IMG/VR virus record: IMGVR_UViG_3300033146_004399
Coordinates: 96,001-160,000 of that record
Direction: 5' to 3' (one strand)
Length of the DNA: 64,000 nt
DNA from: a virus
Part shown: positions 1-11,702 of the stretch, one piece after another
How positions within the stretch are numbered: the stretch's first letter is position 1
How the letters are laid out: each line of letters opens with the position of its first letter
The notes under the pieces: generated by a model
What the model saw: only the letters and a program-made list of their open reading frames with translations
Databases searched by the model: none
What the model was told of the DNA's origin: nothing
Translations under genes and position numbers: made by a program

Positions 1-122
1 ATTGGTCTTATAGGTATAACAGTAATTCCTGCATTAGAAGCTTATTCCATCCTTATAACAGGTATTATGGTTATACTAGCTTTTTTAAGCACTCTTGTAT
101 GGGATATGTTTCACATTACTAT

Positions 123-151
123 TTTGGCTAAAGAAGCTTCTGTGGTATAAT
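123..151 (+). promoter_or_regulatory. Class I promoter (TTTGGC-N17-TATAAT)
   Basis: TTTGGC 123-128, 17-bp spacer, TATAAT 146-151, upstream of the HD gene; the same geometry recurs nine times in the window. Confidence 0.75.
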
Positions 152-170
152 TAAGTAAGAGGGTGGAGAT

Positions 171-716
171 ATGTTGAAAGCAGTTGTAATAAAAGCTTAT
201 AATTTCTCAGAGAAGGCGCATGAAGGCGTAGAGAGAAAATTTTCTGGTCTTCCATATTTCACTCATCCTAAATTTGTTGCCAGAACTATTGAGCACCTTA
301 CCAAAGATGCAACACTTATAGCTGTTGGTTTTCTTCATGATGTTATAGAAGATACTGATACGATGTATGATGAATTGGTTATTGAATTTGGTATGGAAAT
401 TGCTAACTTAGTACAGGAAGTAACATCAGATGATAATGAAATGAAGTTGATGGGTGGGAAGAGAATATATATGGCCAACAAAGTATTAAATATGTCTGAA
501 AGGGCATTAATTATTAAGCTGGCCGATAGATATCATAATGTTCTTTTCCTTGAAAGCGATACGACTCCCTTATCTTTTATAACTAAATATTATAAAGAAA
601 CAAGATTTGTTTTGGATGAATTAACAGCAGGAAGAGAATTAAATAATATACATGAAGCTTTAATTAAGAGAATTGAAGCTATATTAGCTTTTCTTAAGAT
701 TAGATATGACTTTTGA
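171..716 (+). CDS. HD-domain hydrolase, RelA/SpoT hydrolase-only (Mesh1/SAH-like)
   Basis: LPYFTHP and FLHDVIEDT motifs plus IKLADRYHN; no synthetase domain in 181 aa. Confidence 0.8.
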   Translation: MLKAVVIKAYNFSEKAHEGVERKFSGLPYFTHPKFVARTIEHLTKDATLIAVGFLHDVIEDTDTMYDELVIEFGMEIANLVQEVTSDDNEMKLMGGKRIYMANKVLNMSERALIIKLADRYHNVLFLESDTTPLSFITKYYKETRFVLDELTAGRELNNIHEALIKRIEAILAFLKIRYDF

Positions 717-1787
717 TGATTTTATGGAGGATCAGATACCTCAACTAAAAAGCTCATACTATCCTGTCGCTTATACAGATCTTGCCTTTATTAATAATAC
801 ATTAGCACAAGAGTTATATGATAGAGAACAGTATAATATAAGGAAGGAACATATTTTTATGGAAGATTCTTTTGAAATGTTTGAAATGATAATGGAAGAG
901 GAGAATGCTATAGCCGCGGCTCTCTTTCTCCATGAACAATATAAAGTTTTACATGCCGAAAGAGCTAAACTCCATTTGCTAGATAAAGACAAAAGATTTG
1001 GTGTATAAAGAATAAAAAATGGATAAAAAAGAAATTGTACCCGGTATAACATTAAGTGATATTTTAAACGACAACGTAAAAGTACCTGCTACAGACACTA
1101 CTACAATAAATTATGCTTTAGTTGAATTGGCTGCTACAAACATTAAATTAACCAAGGATCAGACCGCTAATTTTTGGTTGTATATTGATACTCTAGATTT
1201 ACTCGATTGGCTTTTTTTAATGAGTGCTATAGCTTCTGCTAGTGTAACGTCCTGTTCTATGAAGAATCCATCTTTTATTGATAATTTACTTGATGCGTCA
1301 ATACCACATTGCGATATTATTATTAGTCTTTCAAATAAAAATCCAGAGCGTTTTAAGAAAAAAATAAAAGAAGTATATAATAAAGATCTTACACTTGATG
1401 AGGTTGATATGTTGATACATATTTATAAATATGAAAAAGATGGCAAGTTATATCCTGACTTAAAGAAAAATCCATATTATAAGCAACTTGGACAACCCAC
1501 CTAATATGGTATAATTGTTGTAAGAGGTAAATATGTATTTGAAACAGAAAATGAGTTATTTTGAGAAGAGGATTAAAAGTCTTAAATTTGTTATAGTTGT
1601 TAACATTATAGGTGTTTTATTTTGTTTAACAGCATTTGTTACAAATTTAATATCAGGCCATTCTTTTTGGTGTTTAATCCAATTAGCTTTTGTATTATTA
1701 AACAGTTGGTTATTATTTAATAATGTTAAGTCATTGAATAAGACAAAACTAGACTTCACTAAAAACTTACTTAGATACGGGGAGTAA
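706..1787 (+). other. Three hypothetical CDS (706-1008, 1019-1504, 1533-1787; the last has two TM helices)
   Basis: Closely packed ORFs; no family recognised. Confidence 0.6.
1487..1515 (+). promoter_or_regulatory. Class I promoter (CTTGGA-N17-TATAAT)
   Basis: CTTGGA 1487-1492, TATAAT 1510-1515. Confidence 0.65.
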
Positions 1788-1788
1788 A

Positions 1789-1941
1789 ATAATTATAAAT
1801 ATTGTTGCTGTTATTTCTTGCAGTGTGGCATTAGTTTTTCATATTATGGTTAATAATATGATATGGAGTATTATACTTAGTATATTACTTATTGCTATAG
1901 TCGCATGGGTTAATATGAGACTCCAAAAAAATAAAAAATAA
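1789..1941 (+). pseudogene. Small membrane-protein ORF with ATA in place of an ATG start
   Basis: GGAG SD followed by ATA at 1789, then an open hydrophobic 50-codon frame to TAA 1939-1941. Confidence 0.4.
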
Positions 1942-1942
1942 T

Positions 1943-1971
1943 TTTGGATATAGAAGCAAATATGTTATAAT
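1943..1971 (+). promoter_or_regulatory. Class I promoter (TTTGGA-N17-TATAAT)
   Basis: TTTGGA 1943-1948, TATAAT 1966-1971. Confidence 0.75.
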
Positions 1972-2005
1972 TATTATAGTAATTGAGGTTTTAATATATC
2001 AAGGA

Positions 2006-2971
2006 GTGAATATGGAGAGGAAAATATTATTTAAGGTAAAAAGTGGATCTCATATGTATGGTCTTAATACTCCCGAAAGTGATGAAGACTATATGGGTAT
2101 ATTCATGCCTACATCCGAAGATTTATTAGGTCTTAATAAATTAGAAGAAATAGATAATTCTACTAAATCATCTAAAGAAGATCGACGTAATACTAAAGAA
2201 GATGTAGATGAAAAACTTTATTCACTTAAGAAATATCTTCATCTCGCATTACAGAATAACCCTAATATAGTAGAAGTTTTATTTTCCTCTCCTGAATCAA
2301 TTATAGAAATGACTCCTGTGTTTCAGGAGTTGATAGATAATAGAGATAAAATAGTCTCACAGAAAATATATTATTCATTTACGGGATATGCATTTGCTCA
2401 AAGAAAGAAACTCATAGTTAAGAAGGAAAGATATACTTCACTTGTAGAAGGCGTTAAATTTCTAGAAACCGTGTATAAAGATAAACTTGGTAGTAAGTAT
2501 CCCATTAAAGATGAAGACGCAGATGCTTTAAACACAAGTTTAAAATATTATAAAGGAAAAAAGAATAATACTGAATCTTTCCATAGAGGTATGGATCTAG
2601 ATATGATTATAGAAAAACTCAGAGCTGAAAGAGATAGATATGGCTGGAGAGTTAATACCTCAACTTTTGAAAAATTATTTTATGATGTAAAATTTGCCTA
2701 TCATTTGATCAGATTATTAGGGCAGGGAGAACAGTTATTAGAAACTGGTAAAATTGATTTTCCAATAACTGGAAAATTAAAAGATGATATAATGCGAATA
2801 AGAAATGGTGAAGTTGAGTACGACGAATTAATGAAGATGTATGAGACTTATAATAAAAGGTGTGATGTAGCATTTGAAAATACTAAGTTGAGGAAAACTC
2901 CTGATTTCAAATGGGCTAATAAATGGTTGATTAAAATTCTTAAGGAGAGTATTATAAATGAAGAAGAGTAA
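2006..2971 (+). CDS. DNA polymerase beta-superfamily nucleotidyltransferase (RlaP-like)
   Basis: GSHMYGLNTPESDEDYMGIF (GS..DxD) motif; C-terminal YDVKFAYHLIRLL typical of this phage family. Confidence 0.8.
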   Translation: MNMERKILFKVKSGSHMYGLNTPESDEDYMGIFMPTSEDLLGLNKLEEIDNSTKSSKEDRRNTKEDVDEKLYSLKKYLHLALQNNPNIVEVLFSSPESIIEMTPVFQELIDNRDKIVSQKIYYSFTGYAFAQRKKLIVKKERYTSLVEGVKFLETVYKDKLGSKYPIKDEDADALNTSLKYYKGKKNNTESFHRGMDLDMIIEKLRAERDRYGWRVNTSTFEKLFYDVKFAYHLIRLLGQGEQLLETGKIDFPITGKLKDDIMRIRNGEVEYDELMKMYETYNKRCDVAFENTKLRKTPDFKWANKWLIKILKESIINEEE

Positions 2972-3249
2972 AAATCTTGGCAATGTTTTCTATGATATAG
3001 ATGGAATGCTTTTGGATGATTTGATTAAATGGGCGGAAAAACAAAAAGAATTTCATCCTGAGTATGATTCTTTTAAATTAGAATTCGAAAAAGAATATCA
3101 CTACGATGGGGAATATACTGCTTTAAATCTTTATGGTCTTAGAGAAGAAACCAAAGAAGAGGAAAAATCTCGAGAAGCTATTAGGATTAAGAAATTGGAT
3201 GATGCTAAAGCAAAAAGAAAAAAGGAATGGGATAGATTGAATAAGGAGT

Positions 3250-3629
3250 TTGGGAATGAAGAGACATAGATTATTCACAAGAAGAGAAGTTATAGAAATA
3301 TGGTTAAAGCAGAAAGATGAAGATTTAGATACTTATGTTTGTCCTCACTGTAGAGATCTTCTGTTTAAGAAAGGTGAAACTTATTTTTGTAATAATTTTG
3401 ATTGTAGTTATTATGGAGAGACTATTGAACTAATTGGAGAAGAAGAATGATAAAAGCTAAATTGCTCACATTAAGAGAATTAGGCATAGTTGATAATGAT
3501 AAGGATTTAGATAGTAAAGTCTGTCCTATGTGTAAGAATATACTTCGTAAGAAGAATGGTGTTTACTTCTGTAACAATTTAGAATGTGATGGGTATAGAG
3601 AAGGATTCGAGGAGATTAAAAATGAATAA
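3250..3629 (+). other. Two tandem paralogous zinc-ribbon CDS (3250-3450, 3447-3629)
   Basis: CPHC..L.KKG..YFCNNFDC and CPMC..L.KKNG.YFCNNLEC. Confidence 0.65.
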
Positions 3630-3972
3630 GGGTGCAATTGCATTCATTATTATTTTAGTATTTATTCTTGGACTGGTGTTAGGTGCTTTATTTATTAGTG
3701 TGTCGCTTAGTTCTAATAGCCATAGAGTTCATACTGTCAGAATAAATGATTTCGTAAATATTAAAGTTTATACAAACTCATATTATGATTTATATAAACT
3801 TAAACGATATATATCAAATATGGAGAATTTCGTTTATACAAATGATAATATGATTATACTAACTAAAACAATACATGACAGATTTATATCTGTTGCAAAT
3901 ATTAGATTTTATAAATTTGATGGTACTTATTATGATACTTGGGGGCGATATACAAAAAACGTATCTGAAGAG

Positions 3973-4135
3973 TAGAGAAGGTTAACCTCACCATCCCTAA
4001 CTCAATGGTTTATTCAAACATGGAAATGTATAAGAGGGAAGCATATTTGGATTGTGAGTGATATAGTTGAAAACGATGAAAATAATAAGTGAGTTTAAAA
4101 AATGCGAATATTGCGGAGAGTATAAACTCTTATAA
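3973..4135 (+). pseudogene. Frameshifted small Cys/His zinc-finger-like gene
   Basis: WKCIRGKHIW in one frame and SEFKKCEYCGEYKLL in another; no intact start. Confidence 0.4.
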
Positions 4136-5170
4136 TATAGGTGGTAAAATGAATAATGTAGATAAATTAGTAAAAGAAGTTGAGGCTAATGAAAAAGCGT
4201 TGAAACATACTAAAGAAGAAGTTGCTGATGCTATTATGAAAATATATACTTCTTATATATATTCTATTAATAAACAGTTACGTACCTTCTTTGGAAGAAG
4301 AAGAAAAATAGGTAAATTTACTATTAAAAGCAAATGGATAGGCGTAAATGAATATAATGATGGGTATCCTTTAATTAAGGTGTATTACAGAAAAAGACTT
4401 ATATTAAAAGTAAGTGGTAGAGAAAATGGTAATGCTAATACTTGGAAAGATGCTAAATTTAGATTACGTCACGTTTATAAACTTGATATGTCTAAAATTG
4501 TTGAACTTCAAACATTTCACAATATTTTAATTACGTTAACCCAGGAACAATTACATATAAAAAATGAAAAAATAAATAAGTTGAATAATTTTCAATTAGC
4601 GTTAAAGGAGTTGGAAGTATGATATTTGCAGTTAAATATAGAAGAGCGCAAACAGCTGAATTAATTACAGCAGATAACTATAGAGGAAAATGGACCTTTC
4701 TTAGAGAATGGTTTCAATCTAACAAAGTAGCTAAAGATATACTGGAGGAAAAATGAGTTGGACGGATAGATGGTACAATGCTGAATATGCTAATTTAACT
4801 CCTATAGGACGAGTGGTTTTAACTCTTATAATTATAGGTTTATTTTTACTCCCTTTACTAATTTTTGGACCAATAGAAATAATTGATATGGAATCAGGAC
4901 CAGTATCAATATTCCTTGGTAATTTTATGACTGTTTTAGTAGCTACAGTAGTTGTAATAATAAGTATTGTAATTATATTTTTAATTTGGATGTTTGTGTC
5001 ATGGATTTTAACTGGTCGTTCTGGTATTAATAGTTTAAACTTTTTTTTGGTAGAGAAGCCGTGGGATTTTACAGCTACTTTATTTAGAGTATTCTTTGGC
5101 TCCTATAGAAATAAGTGGCTTTTCCTTCATGAAATATTATACCCAAATAAAATAGCAAAGGAGATGCTAG

Positions 5171-5356
5171 ATGAATAACTTAAGAGTTAAAAGTTTTATA
5201 GCTTCCTATTATCAAGACGGTTGGAAAGAAGGTGTTGAGATTCTTGATACGGAAATTAATGCATAGATGATAGAATACTCAAATATAATAGTAGATAGAA
5301 TAGAACATATTAAGTTTGAAACACATGAAATAGTTCATATTTGGTATACTATATGA
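5171..5356 (+). pseudogene. 61-codon ORF interrupted by one in-frame TAG
   Basis: MNNLRVKSF...EINA*MIEYSNIIVDRIEHIKF...WYTI; TAG at 5264-5266; its TGA overlaps the next ATG at 5353. Confidence 0.6.
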
Positions 5357-6184
5357 TTGAAAATGAAGAAGCTAAAAATAATTTATTAGGATATACTGTA
5401 ATAAATATGAATGATAGGGTCGAGGTTCGTTTAACAGATAGGGGAAGATATATATTTTCACATAGGAATGATGACTTAAATCAATTAGGCATAGCACATT
5501 TTCCACAGGATAAACCTAAAGAGGTAGACGGCTGGTTTAAATGTCAGCTATGGGAATTGATGCAAACATTCGGCCCTTATATAGGTATGGGTTTTGATAC
5601 CTTATTTGAAACAACAATAAGAATAAAGCATAATTAATATAAAGAAGTATAATATGTTACATGATATATGGGTCTTTTTACTGAGATGTATGGGTTTATA
5701 TGGTTTATAGTTTTTATAATTATAATAGAGATTTTGTCCCTTCCATTTCGAGCTATATTATCCTAGATTAAAATAAATAATAAAAGACTTTTGATAGAAA
5801 GTTTAGTCAATAAAGGTTATACCCTTGAAGATATAAATAAGATAATATTAATAATGGACGGTAACGATGACGAATGAGAAGAAAGAGAAAATAACAAATT
5901 GTGAGTTAGACCAAACAGGTAGATTAAAAATGCTTGTATCTATCCTACTCTTCGTTTTTATTGATGTAGGGATATTCGTAGCCCTCTTCTATACTGGTAA
6001 TTCAGATTTTCCATTTATGTGGATATTATCACAATTTGTTATTGTATTTATTCTTCCCTTCTTTGTAAATTTATTTCTACTTACTAAGGTATGGGTAAAG
6101 ACTGGAAAATTTATTCCTTATCTTGACATTTTTGATAAAATTGAATTTATAAAAAAATATCTTTTCGGAGACTGGAGAAAATAA

Positions 6185-7102
6185 TTGAATCCTCATAAAA
6201 TTTTAGGTGTTGAACCCGGTGCTAACGCAAACGACATAAAGAAAGCTTATAAGTCTTTAGCTAAAAAATATCATCCGGACGCTAACGGTGGTGATGACAC
6301 TAAATTCAAAGAAATAAGTCATGCATATGAAATATTAACCGATCCTAAAGCTAAAGCTCAATATGAGTCAGAACAATTTAAAAAAACTGCTAATTCTTTT
6401 GGCGGAATGGGTGGTATGGATTTTGGGGATATATTTAGAAGTTTTTCTCAAGGTTCTAACGGTTTTTCTCAAGGGCCTGGCGGGTTTAGATTTACTTATG
6501 GTGATACTAAAAGGAAAATACACGGAAAAGATATCCAAGTTAGAATTTTTATCACTCTTGAAGAGGTTTTTAACGGTAAAACCATTGAAATGGAAATACA
6601 GCGTAACGAGAGAATAAATTCTGAGAAGAGAGAAGTAAGAAGCAGGAAGATAAAACTTAATATACCAAAAGGTGTTGAAAACGGAAAAGTTTTACATCTC
6701 CGTGGTGAAGGACATCAAGGATTAAATGGTGGACGAGATGGTAACGTAAATATAATAATTCAAACTAAACCACATGATTATTTCTGGAAGAAAAAAGATG
6801 GTCTTTATACTCAAGTTGAGATTTTCTTTACTCAAGCTATTCTCGGGGCAACTGTTGAATTTCTTAATTTAAATAGTGAAATAGTAGAATTGGTAATACC
6901 TCCAGGAACGCAGCCAGGAGATATAATAGAATTGAGAGGTGAAGGCGTGCCTTTTACGGGAAGTGATACTCGAGGATATCTTAAAGTTATTATAAAAGTT
7001 AAACTTCCAACTCAATTAGAATCTTACCAAAAAGAAAATTTAAGAATATTCCAGGAGCAATTCAATATAAAACCTATTGCTTCCTCAGTTAAAATAAAAT
7101 GA
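6185..7102 (+). CDS. dnaJ: Type II J-domain co-chaperone (DnaJ/CbpA-like, no central zinc finger)
   Basis: KKYHPD J-domain, G/F-rich linker, C-terminal DnaJ_C domain (IPKGVENG, IPPGTQPGD). Confidence 0.9.
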   Translation: MNPHKILGVEPGANANDIKKAYKSLAKKYHPDANGGDDTKFKEISHAYEILTDPKAKAQYESEQFKKTANSFGGMGGMDFGDIFRSFSQGSNGFSQGPGGFRFTYGDTKRKIHGKDIQVRIFITLEEVFNGKTIEMEIQRNERINSEKREVRSRKIKLNIPKGVENGKVLHLRGEGHQGLNGGRDGNVNIIIQTKPHDYFWKKKDGLYTQVEIFFTQAILGATVEFLNLNSEIVELVIPPGTQPGDIIELRGEGVPFTGSDTRGYLKVIIKVKLPTQLESYQKENLRIFQEQFNIKPIASSVKIK

Positions 7103-7391
7103 GAAAATTAGTTGATAATTATATTGTTTTAAATAAATCTTTCAAAGAAGAATTTTATAAACTTATTCAAGACTTCATAAATAGAAATATACTACTCAAC
7201 AATATATTTATATATTTCATCTTTTAAAAATTGTGCAGCAAACTGATAAAAAGGTAGTTAAATATTTATAATGCAAGGCGTGGAAAAGTATACTCATGAA
7301 ACTAAAAATTTAACTATACAAGATTTTATAAAAGCGGGTGAAATAATTGATAGGAAAGTATTAAAAGAATTAAGTGCTGAACTTGCTAAAT

Positions 7392-8267
7392 TTATGCTTC
7401 AAAGATAAATCTAATCCAGTCTACATTAGGTTCAACTTCAACTTTTAGTTCGCTAAAGTAGAAAGGTATTGGTGATTCAGATTCATCATACCATACAGCA
7501 GTAACATCATCTTGGAAGTAAACATCGTCTAATTTATGTTTTCCAATAACAACACGTTTCGCCCACTTCCATGTCCTAACATAATCTAAACCAGCGTCCT
7601 GTAAGAGATCAAAAAATTCGTTATAGTCCATTTGTTGTTATCCACATATTAAAGTCTTCATATTCATAAGCATCAAACTTTCTCATCTCTTCATACTTAA
7701 ATCCTATTAAATCTAAAATCCATATAAGAACTGAGGCATAAGTATCATCAACTGCAATCACACTAAAGTCACTGTCACTTTTTTGTGTTACATTTAATGA
7801 ATATGCATTTTTTAAATTAGTTAATCTTTTCATTCCCTTTGCTCCGTCCATATCCATACTATATTTAAAAAAAGATGCTCCCCAAGAGGCTGGAAGCCAA
7901 TGGTCATAATCATAAGGATCAAAATCTCCAGAGAAATAATTTTTTAAAAGGGTGGAAAATTCATCATTTATGAATAATTCTTTTATTGCTCTTTTACTTA
8001 CTTTCATCTAAATATTGCTCCTATAGCCAACTTCAAAAGTTTTTTACTAATTTCTTCCATATTAATCTTCTTTACATTATGTATATCAGGTATAAAATTT
8101 ACAGGAAAAACATCTGTTCCAGCTCCAGCTTGTGAGTGGGAAATAAGGATAATATCGTTTTCACTATATTTAAAATAATATAAATCCCAAGTATCAACAT
8201 GTTCTAATTCACCCCATTGGTGTTGTTCTGTCTGGTCATCTTTTCCATAAAATATTTCTACTTTCAT
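7392..8267 (-). other. Three leftward hypothetical CDS (7392-7631, 7621-8007, 8004-8267)
   Basis: Overlapping ORFs on the minus strand behind a TAAGAT-N6-ATG motif. Confidence 0.6.
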
Positions 8268-8299
8268 AATATTATCTTACTTACTATACAAGATAAATT
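8268..8299. promoter_or_regulatory. Back-to-back class II promoters (AAGAT boxes), probably leaderless
   Basis: Minus strand: TAAGAT 8274-8279, N6, ATG at 8267. Plus strand: CAAGAT 8289-8294, N5, ATG at 8300. No SD on either side. Confidence 0.6.
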
Positions 8300-8814
8300 A
8301 TGTTATTTAAACTATATAAATATACTACTAAGGGCGGACATATATACTATGATATCCCCATATATCAAGAAGGGGATAAGTATATATATTATGAATATGA
8401 TGTTAATGGGAAGGTGTGGCTTGGGCCGCATAGTGTTTTTATTCGCAGATGGTTTGGTCCAGAGACAGATAAAGAGCCTTATACTTTTAATATCATTCCT
8501 GCAGAGGTATTAAAAGATTTAATTATGAAATTATTTAAGGAAACCTAGATGAACAAGTTATATTATGAAACAGGAAAAAATATTTATGGTGCTTGGGAAC
8601 AATATTCTTACCCTGTTTTAAAAGCTCCTAAAAGAGGTCCAAATTATGTGGTATATGTTGCGTATGATGTAGAAAAAGCTATTTGGGGCATATATGCAGG
8701 TGATGATTTAGATTACTCAGATGAAGTAGAATTTGATGATATTAAAGATGCGTTTGCAAAATCTAATTTAATTGAAAAAATATTTAGTGATGAATTTATT
8801 GAGATAATAAATAA

Positions 8815-9216
8815 ATGGCAATAAAAAAGAAAGGACTTATGGCTAAAGCAAAAAAGAAAAGGAAGAAAATAACTTTAAGACAGTATTATAAAACTAAACA
8901 CTGGTCGCAATTGAGAAATAAATATTCATACGGAGACGAGGCTGAATGTCAAGTGTGTCACAGTAGACGTTGGGAAAATTATAAGATCGGTAAGAAAAAA
9001 GGACAAAGAAAACCTAAAAGTGTAAACCATTTACATCTCCACCATAAACATTATGATACAATGATGAATGAATCGAGGGATGACTTAATGCTTCTCTGTG
9101 ACTCATGTCATAAATTTTTCCATCAATTAGAAAAAATGAGGAAAAGATCTCCAATATATGAAGAAGCTTATATAAAATTAAAAAATCAGTCAGGGTGGGA
9201 ATTCAAAAAGAGATGA
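8815..9216 (+). CDS. HNH endonuclease
   Basis: CQVC...LHLHHKHY...DLMLLCDSCH. Confidence 0.8.
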   Translation: MAIKKKGLMAKAKKKRKKITLRQYYKTKHWSQLRNKYSYGDEAECQVCHSRRWENYKIGKKKGQRKPKSVNHLHLHHKHYDTMMNESRDDLMLLCDSCHKFFHQLEKMRKRSPIYEEAYIKLKNQSGWEFKKR

Positions 9217-9272
9217 AGAAGCTTATATAAAATTAAAAAATCAGTCAGGGTGGGAATTCAAAAAGAGATGAA
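9158..9272. repeat. Perfect 55-bp tandem duplication of the HNH gene 3' end
   Basis: 9158-9212 is identical to 9213-9267; identity extends to 9272. Confidence 0.9.
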
Positions 9273-9292
9273 TAATTTAATAAAAGAGGTAT

Positions 9293-9934
9293 TTGAACTC
9301 GAAAAATTCATTAAATGGAGTTTATCATATGGTAAATAGAGAAGATTTAAAACAGACAACTGGATATAAACGATTGTTAAGTATGGGTGCTAAAGATGAC
9401 TCTGGTCCTAGACAACAAAAGACTGGAGCTTTCCTATTCCATAGATATAACTTGAAAACTGGTGTTAAGAATGATTACGGTGATTATAAAATTACTAGCA
9501 AAGGTGATGTTAAGAGACAATCAGCAGGTCCTGCATTTGATTTAGGGTATGTTAACATGGATAGCTTATCTTCTTATGATAAAGCATTTAATAATATAGC
9601 AAACAAAATGGATCAAATTTTAGCTAAAGAAAATCGGGCAAAAGAAATTGAAAAAGAAAAACAAGTGTTTAATAAAGAGTTGCTATATAATATTATTAAT
9701 GGGAAACCGGTGATGACTAGTATCAAATATAAAAATTTTATTAAACGCATTTTTAGTGGTAAAATGAAACCAGTAGAAAAAAGAGTAATGGGAGTTGAAT
9801 ATGAATGGAATGGCGAAATTGATTGGGGTGTTAAGCGATTTTTAGGCAACGTTAGCGTTGTGGATATTGACGCAGTGAAAAGAATGTATCAAATACCTGG
9901 AGCAGTGGGCCTTTTCCACTTATTAAAAAAATGA
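9293..9934 (+). CDS. Hypothetical protein (probable start at ATG 9329)
   Basis: Long open frame with GGAG upstream of the ATG; no family recognised. Confidence 0.6.
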   Translation: MNSKNSLNGVYHMVNREDLKQTTGYKRLLSMGAKDDSGPRQQKTGAFLFHRYNLKTGVKNDYGDYKITSKGDVKRQSAGPAFDLGYVNMDSLSSYDKAFNNIANKMDQILAKENRAKEIEKEKQVFNKELLYNIINGKPVMTSIKYKNFIKRIFSGKMKPVEKRVMGVEYEWNGEIDWGVKRFLGNVSVVDIDAVKRMYQIPGAVGLFHLLKK

Positions 9935-10462
9935 TTAATGACAATTTAAAATTAGAAACTCTGTATATAAATAGACGCTCTGGCCAACAAACATATTTTT
10001 TTATTAAAGAAAATAATAAATTATTTGGTGTAAGAAAAGACAGAAGAACAAATTGGAAATGGAATTTTGGTATATGGTCTGATTACAGTAATCCAAATAA
10101 TACTGATGATATCGGAGAATTGGAACATAGTGAATTAATAAAATTACGAAGATTAGCTGTTGATGATTTATTTTTAAAAAGTGCACATAATTTAGGAGTT
10201 TAAACTTGATTGAATTATATAGAGCTAAATCAAATGATAAAACAGTTAAATATCATTTTTATTATTATACTATTTATATAGATAACGAGCCAGCATTTGA
10301 AATAGAATTGGCTGAACATAAAGAGGTGCATGTCATCTCTGATAGTTCAATATTTAATTTAGGTGTAGATAATTATAGAAAGGTGAGTTTCGAGAAGAGT
10401 GATTTGGTTAAATATGGAAATGAAAGAGATATTATATGGCAATATTTTGGGAGAATTGGCGA

Positions 10463-10702
10463 ATGAAATTGTGGTACTTATATTACTCACCTGATACTAT
10501 AAATAAATACTTTTTCATTCCTATAAAACTTGAAAATGAAGAAGTAACAATGTATAGGTCTGATGGCGGGCAAGGCTTCTTGTGGATGGAAGGTGTTAAA
10601 TACTTCCCAAACCAATGGCCAGATGATGAAATCGTTGATAGCGGAGAAACGGCTTATATAGCAATTAAAGCATTATTCACACATGGGTTGGGGGTGTTAT
10701 GA
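10463..10702 (+). CDS. Hypothetical protein, intact paralog of the frameshifted gene downstream
   Basis: MKLWYLY..KYFFIPI..TMYRS..WPDDEIVDSG..AIKALF. Confidence 0.7.
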   Translation: MKLWYLYYSPDTINKYFFIPIKLENEEVTMYRSDGGQGFLWMEGVKYFPNQWPDDEIVDSGETAYIAIKALFTHGLGVL

Positions 10703-10939
10703 AACTTTGGCATTTATATCGTATTGTTGACCATGATGAGAAATATTTTTTCATCCCTATAGATACGACTGAGACTAATACAGTTATGTATAAGATCTTA
10801 CAATTATGGAAAGTTTGAATTGGTGGAAGCCGGTTTTCCTAGCACTGATAACGATTGGCCTGAGAATGAAATTGTATATAGTGGTTTTTATGCTCACTTT
10901 GCAATAGAAACATTATTTGAGCAGGGAGTGGATAAATGA
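10699..10939 (+). pseudogene. Tandem paralog of 10463-10702 with a +1 frameshift
   Basis: Removing one A at 10792-10793 restores MKLWHLY..KYFFIPI..VMYRS..WPENEIVYSG..AIETLF, colinear with the upstream paralog. Confidence 0.75.
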
Positions 10940-11207
10940 CTGAAGTAAAAAAATCTGGTGTAATATCATCTTTATTTGAAAATAAAATATTTCTGTATAT
11001 GCTCATGCAATAACCGGTGAAAAATTCCCATATGATAATAGATGGAATAAACTAAGTTATAATAATATGTGGAGTAGAAAAAGCGCAGTAGATAAGGCTG
11101 ATACCGGCAATGAATTAACAAGTGAAGAAAAAGAACTTTTATTAATAACAGGACTTTTCGATATTAAAAGTAATCAATTTTTTGAAGATAATTTTAAAGT
11201 AATATAG
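10936..11207 (+). pseudogene. Frameshifted hypothetical gene
   Basis: The ATG frame stops after 25 codons; a long open frame (SVYAHAITGEKFPYDNRW...LFDIK) continues to TAG 11205-11207. Confidence 0.45.
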
Positions 11208-11236
11208 TTTGGACGTAAGCATATTTATGATATAAT
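11208..11236 (+). promoter_or_regulatory. Class I promoter (TTTGGA-N17-TATAAT)
   Basis: TTTGGA 11208-11213, TATAAT 11231-11236. Confidence 0.75.
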
Positions 11237-11702
11237 TACTGTAGTAATTGGAGTTATAATATAAGTATGAAGAAGATTGAACTTGTTAGGTGGGGAGGGC
11301 TCTCCTCTGTAAACCACAAAAAAATATTTAGAAACGACTCTTTTCATGCTCCTCCTGTAAAAAGAGGTATATATGTTTTTCATCCTCAATGGATTGAACT
11401 TTTCCTTGTTGCGTGGAAATGGTATGATGATGATACAGGAGAGAAGAAGAAACATATAGATAAACAAAGACGTTTCAAATATGAAGGAAAGATATGGACT
11501 CATATCTTTCACTCCCATCCAGAAATAACCTACTACAGACACAAAGGGGAATGGTATGAAACCGACACTTCTTATATCCCTAAAATTTTCTCCCTTGAAA
11601 GTAAAAAAATGGCTAAACAAATAAACTCAGATCCCAATTGGGGTGGTAAATGGCATAGACATGCAAACAAGTGGGTGAGTAAGGATCATATGGAATTGTT
11701 CA

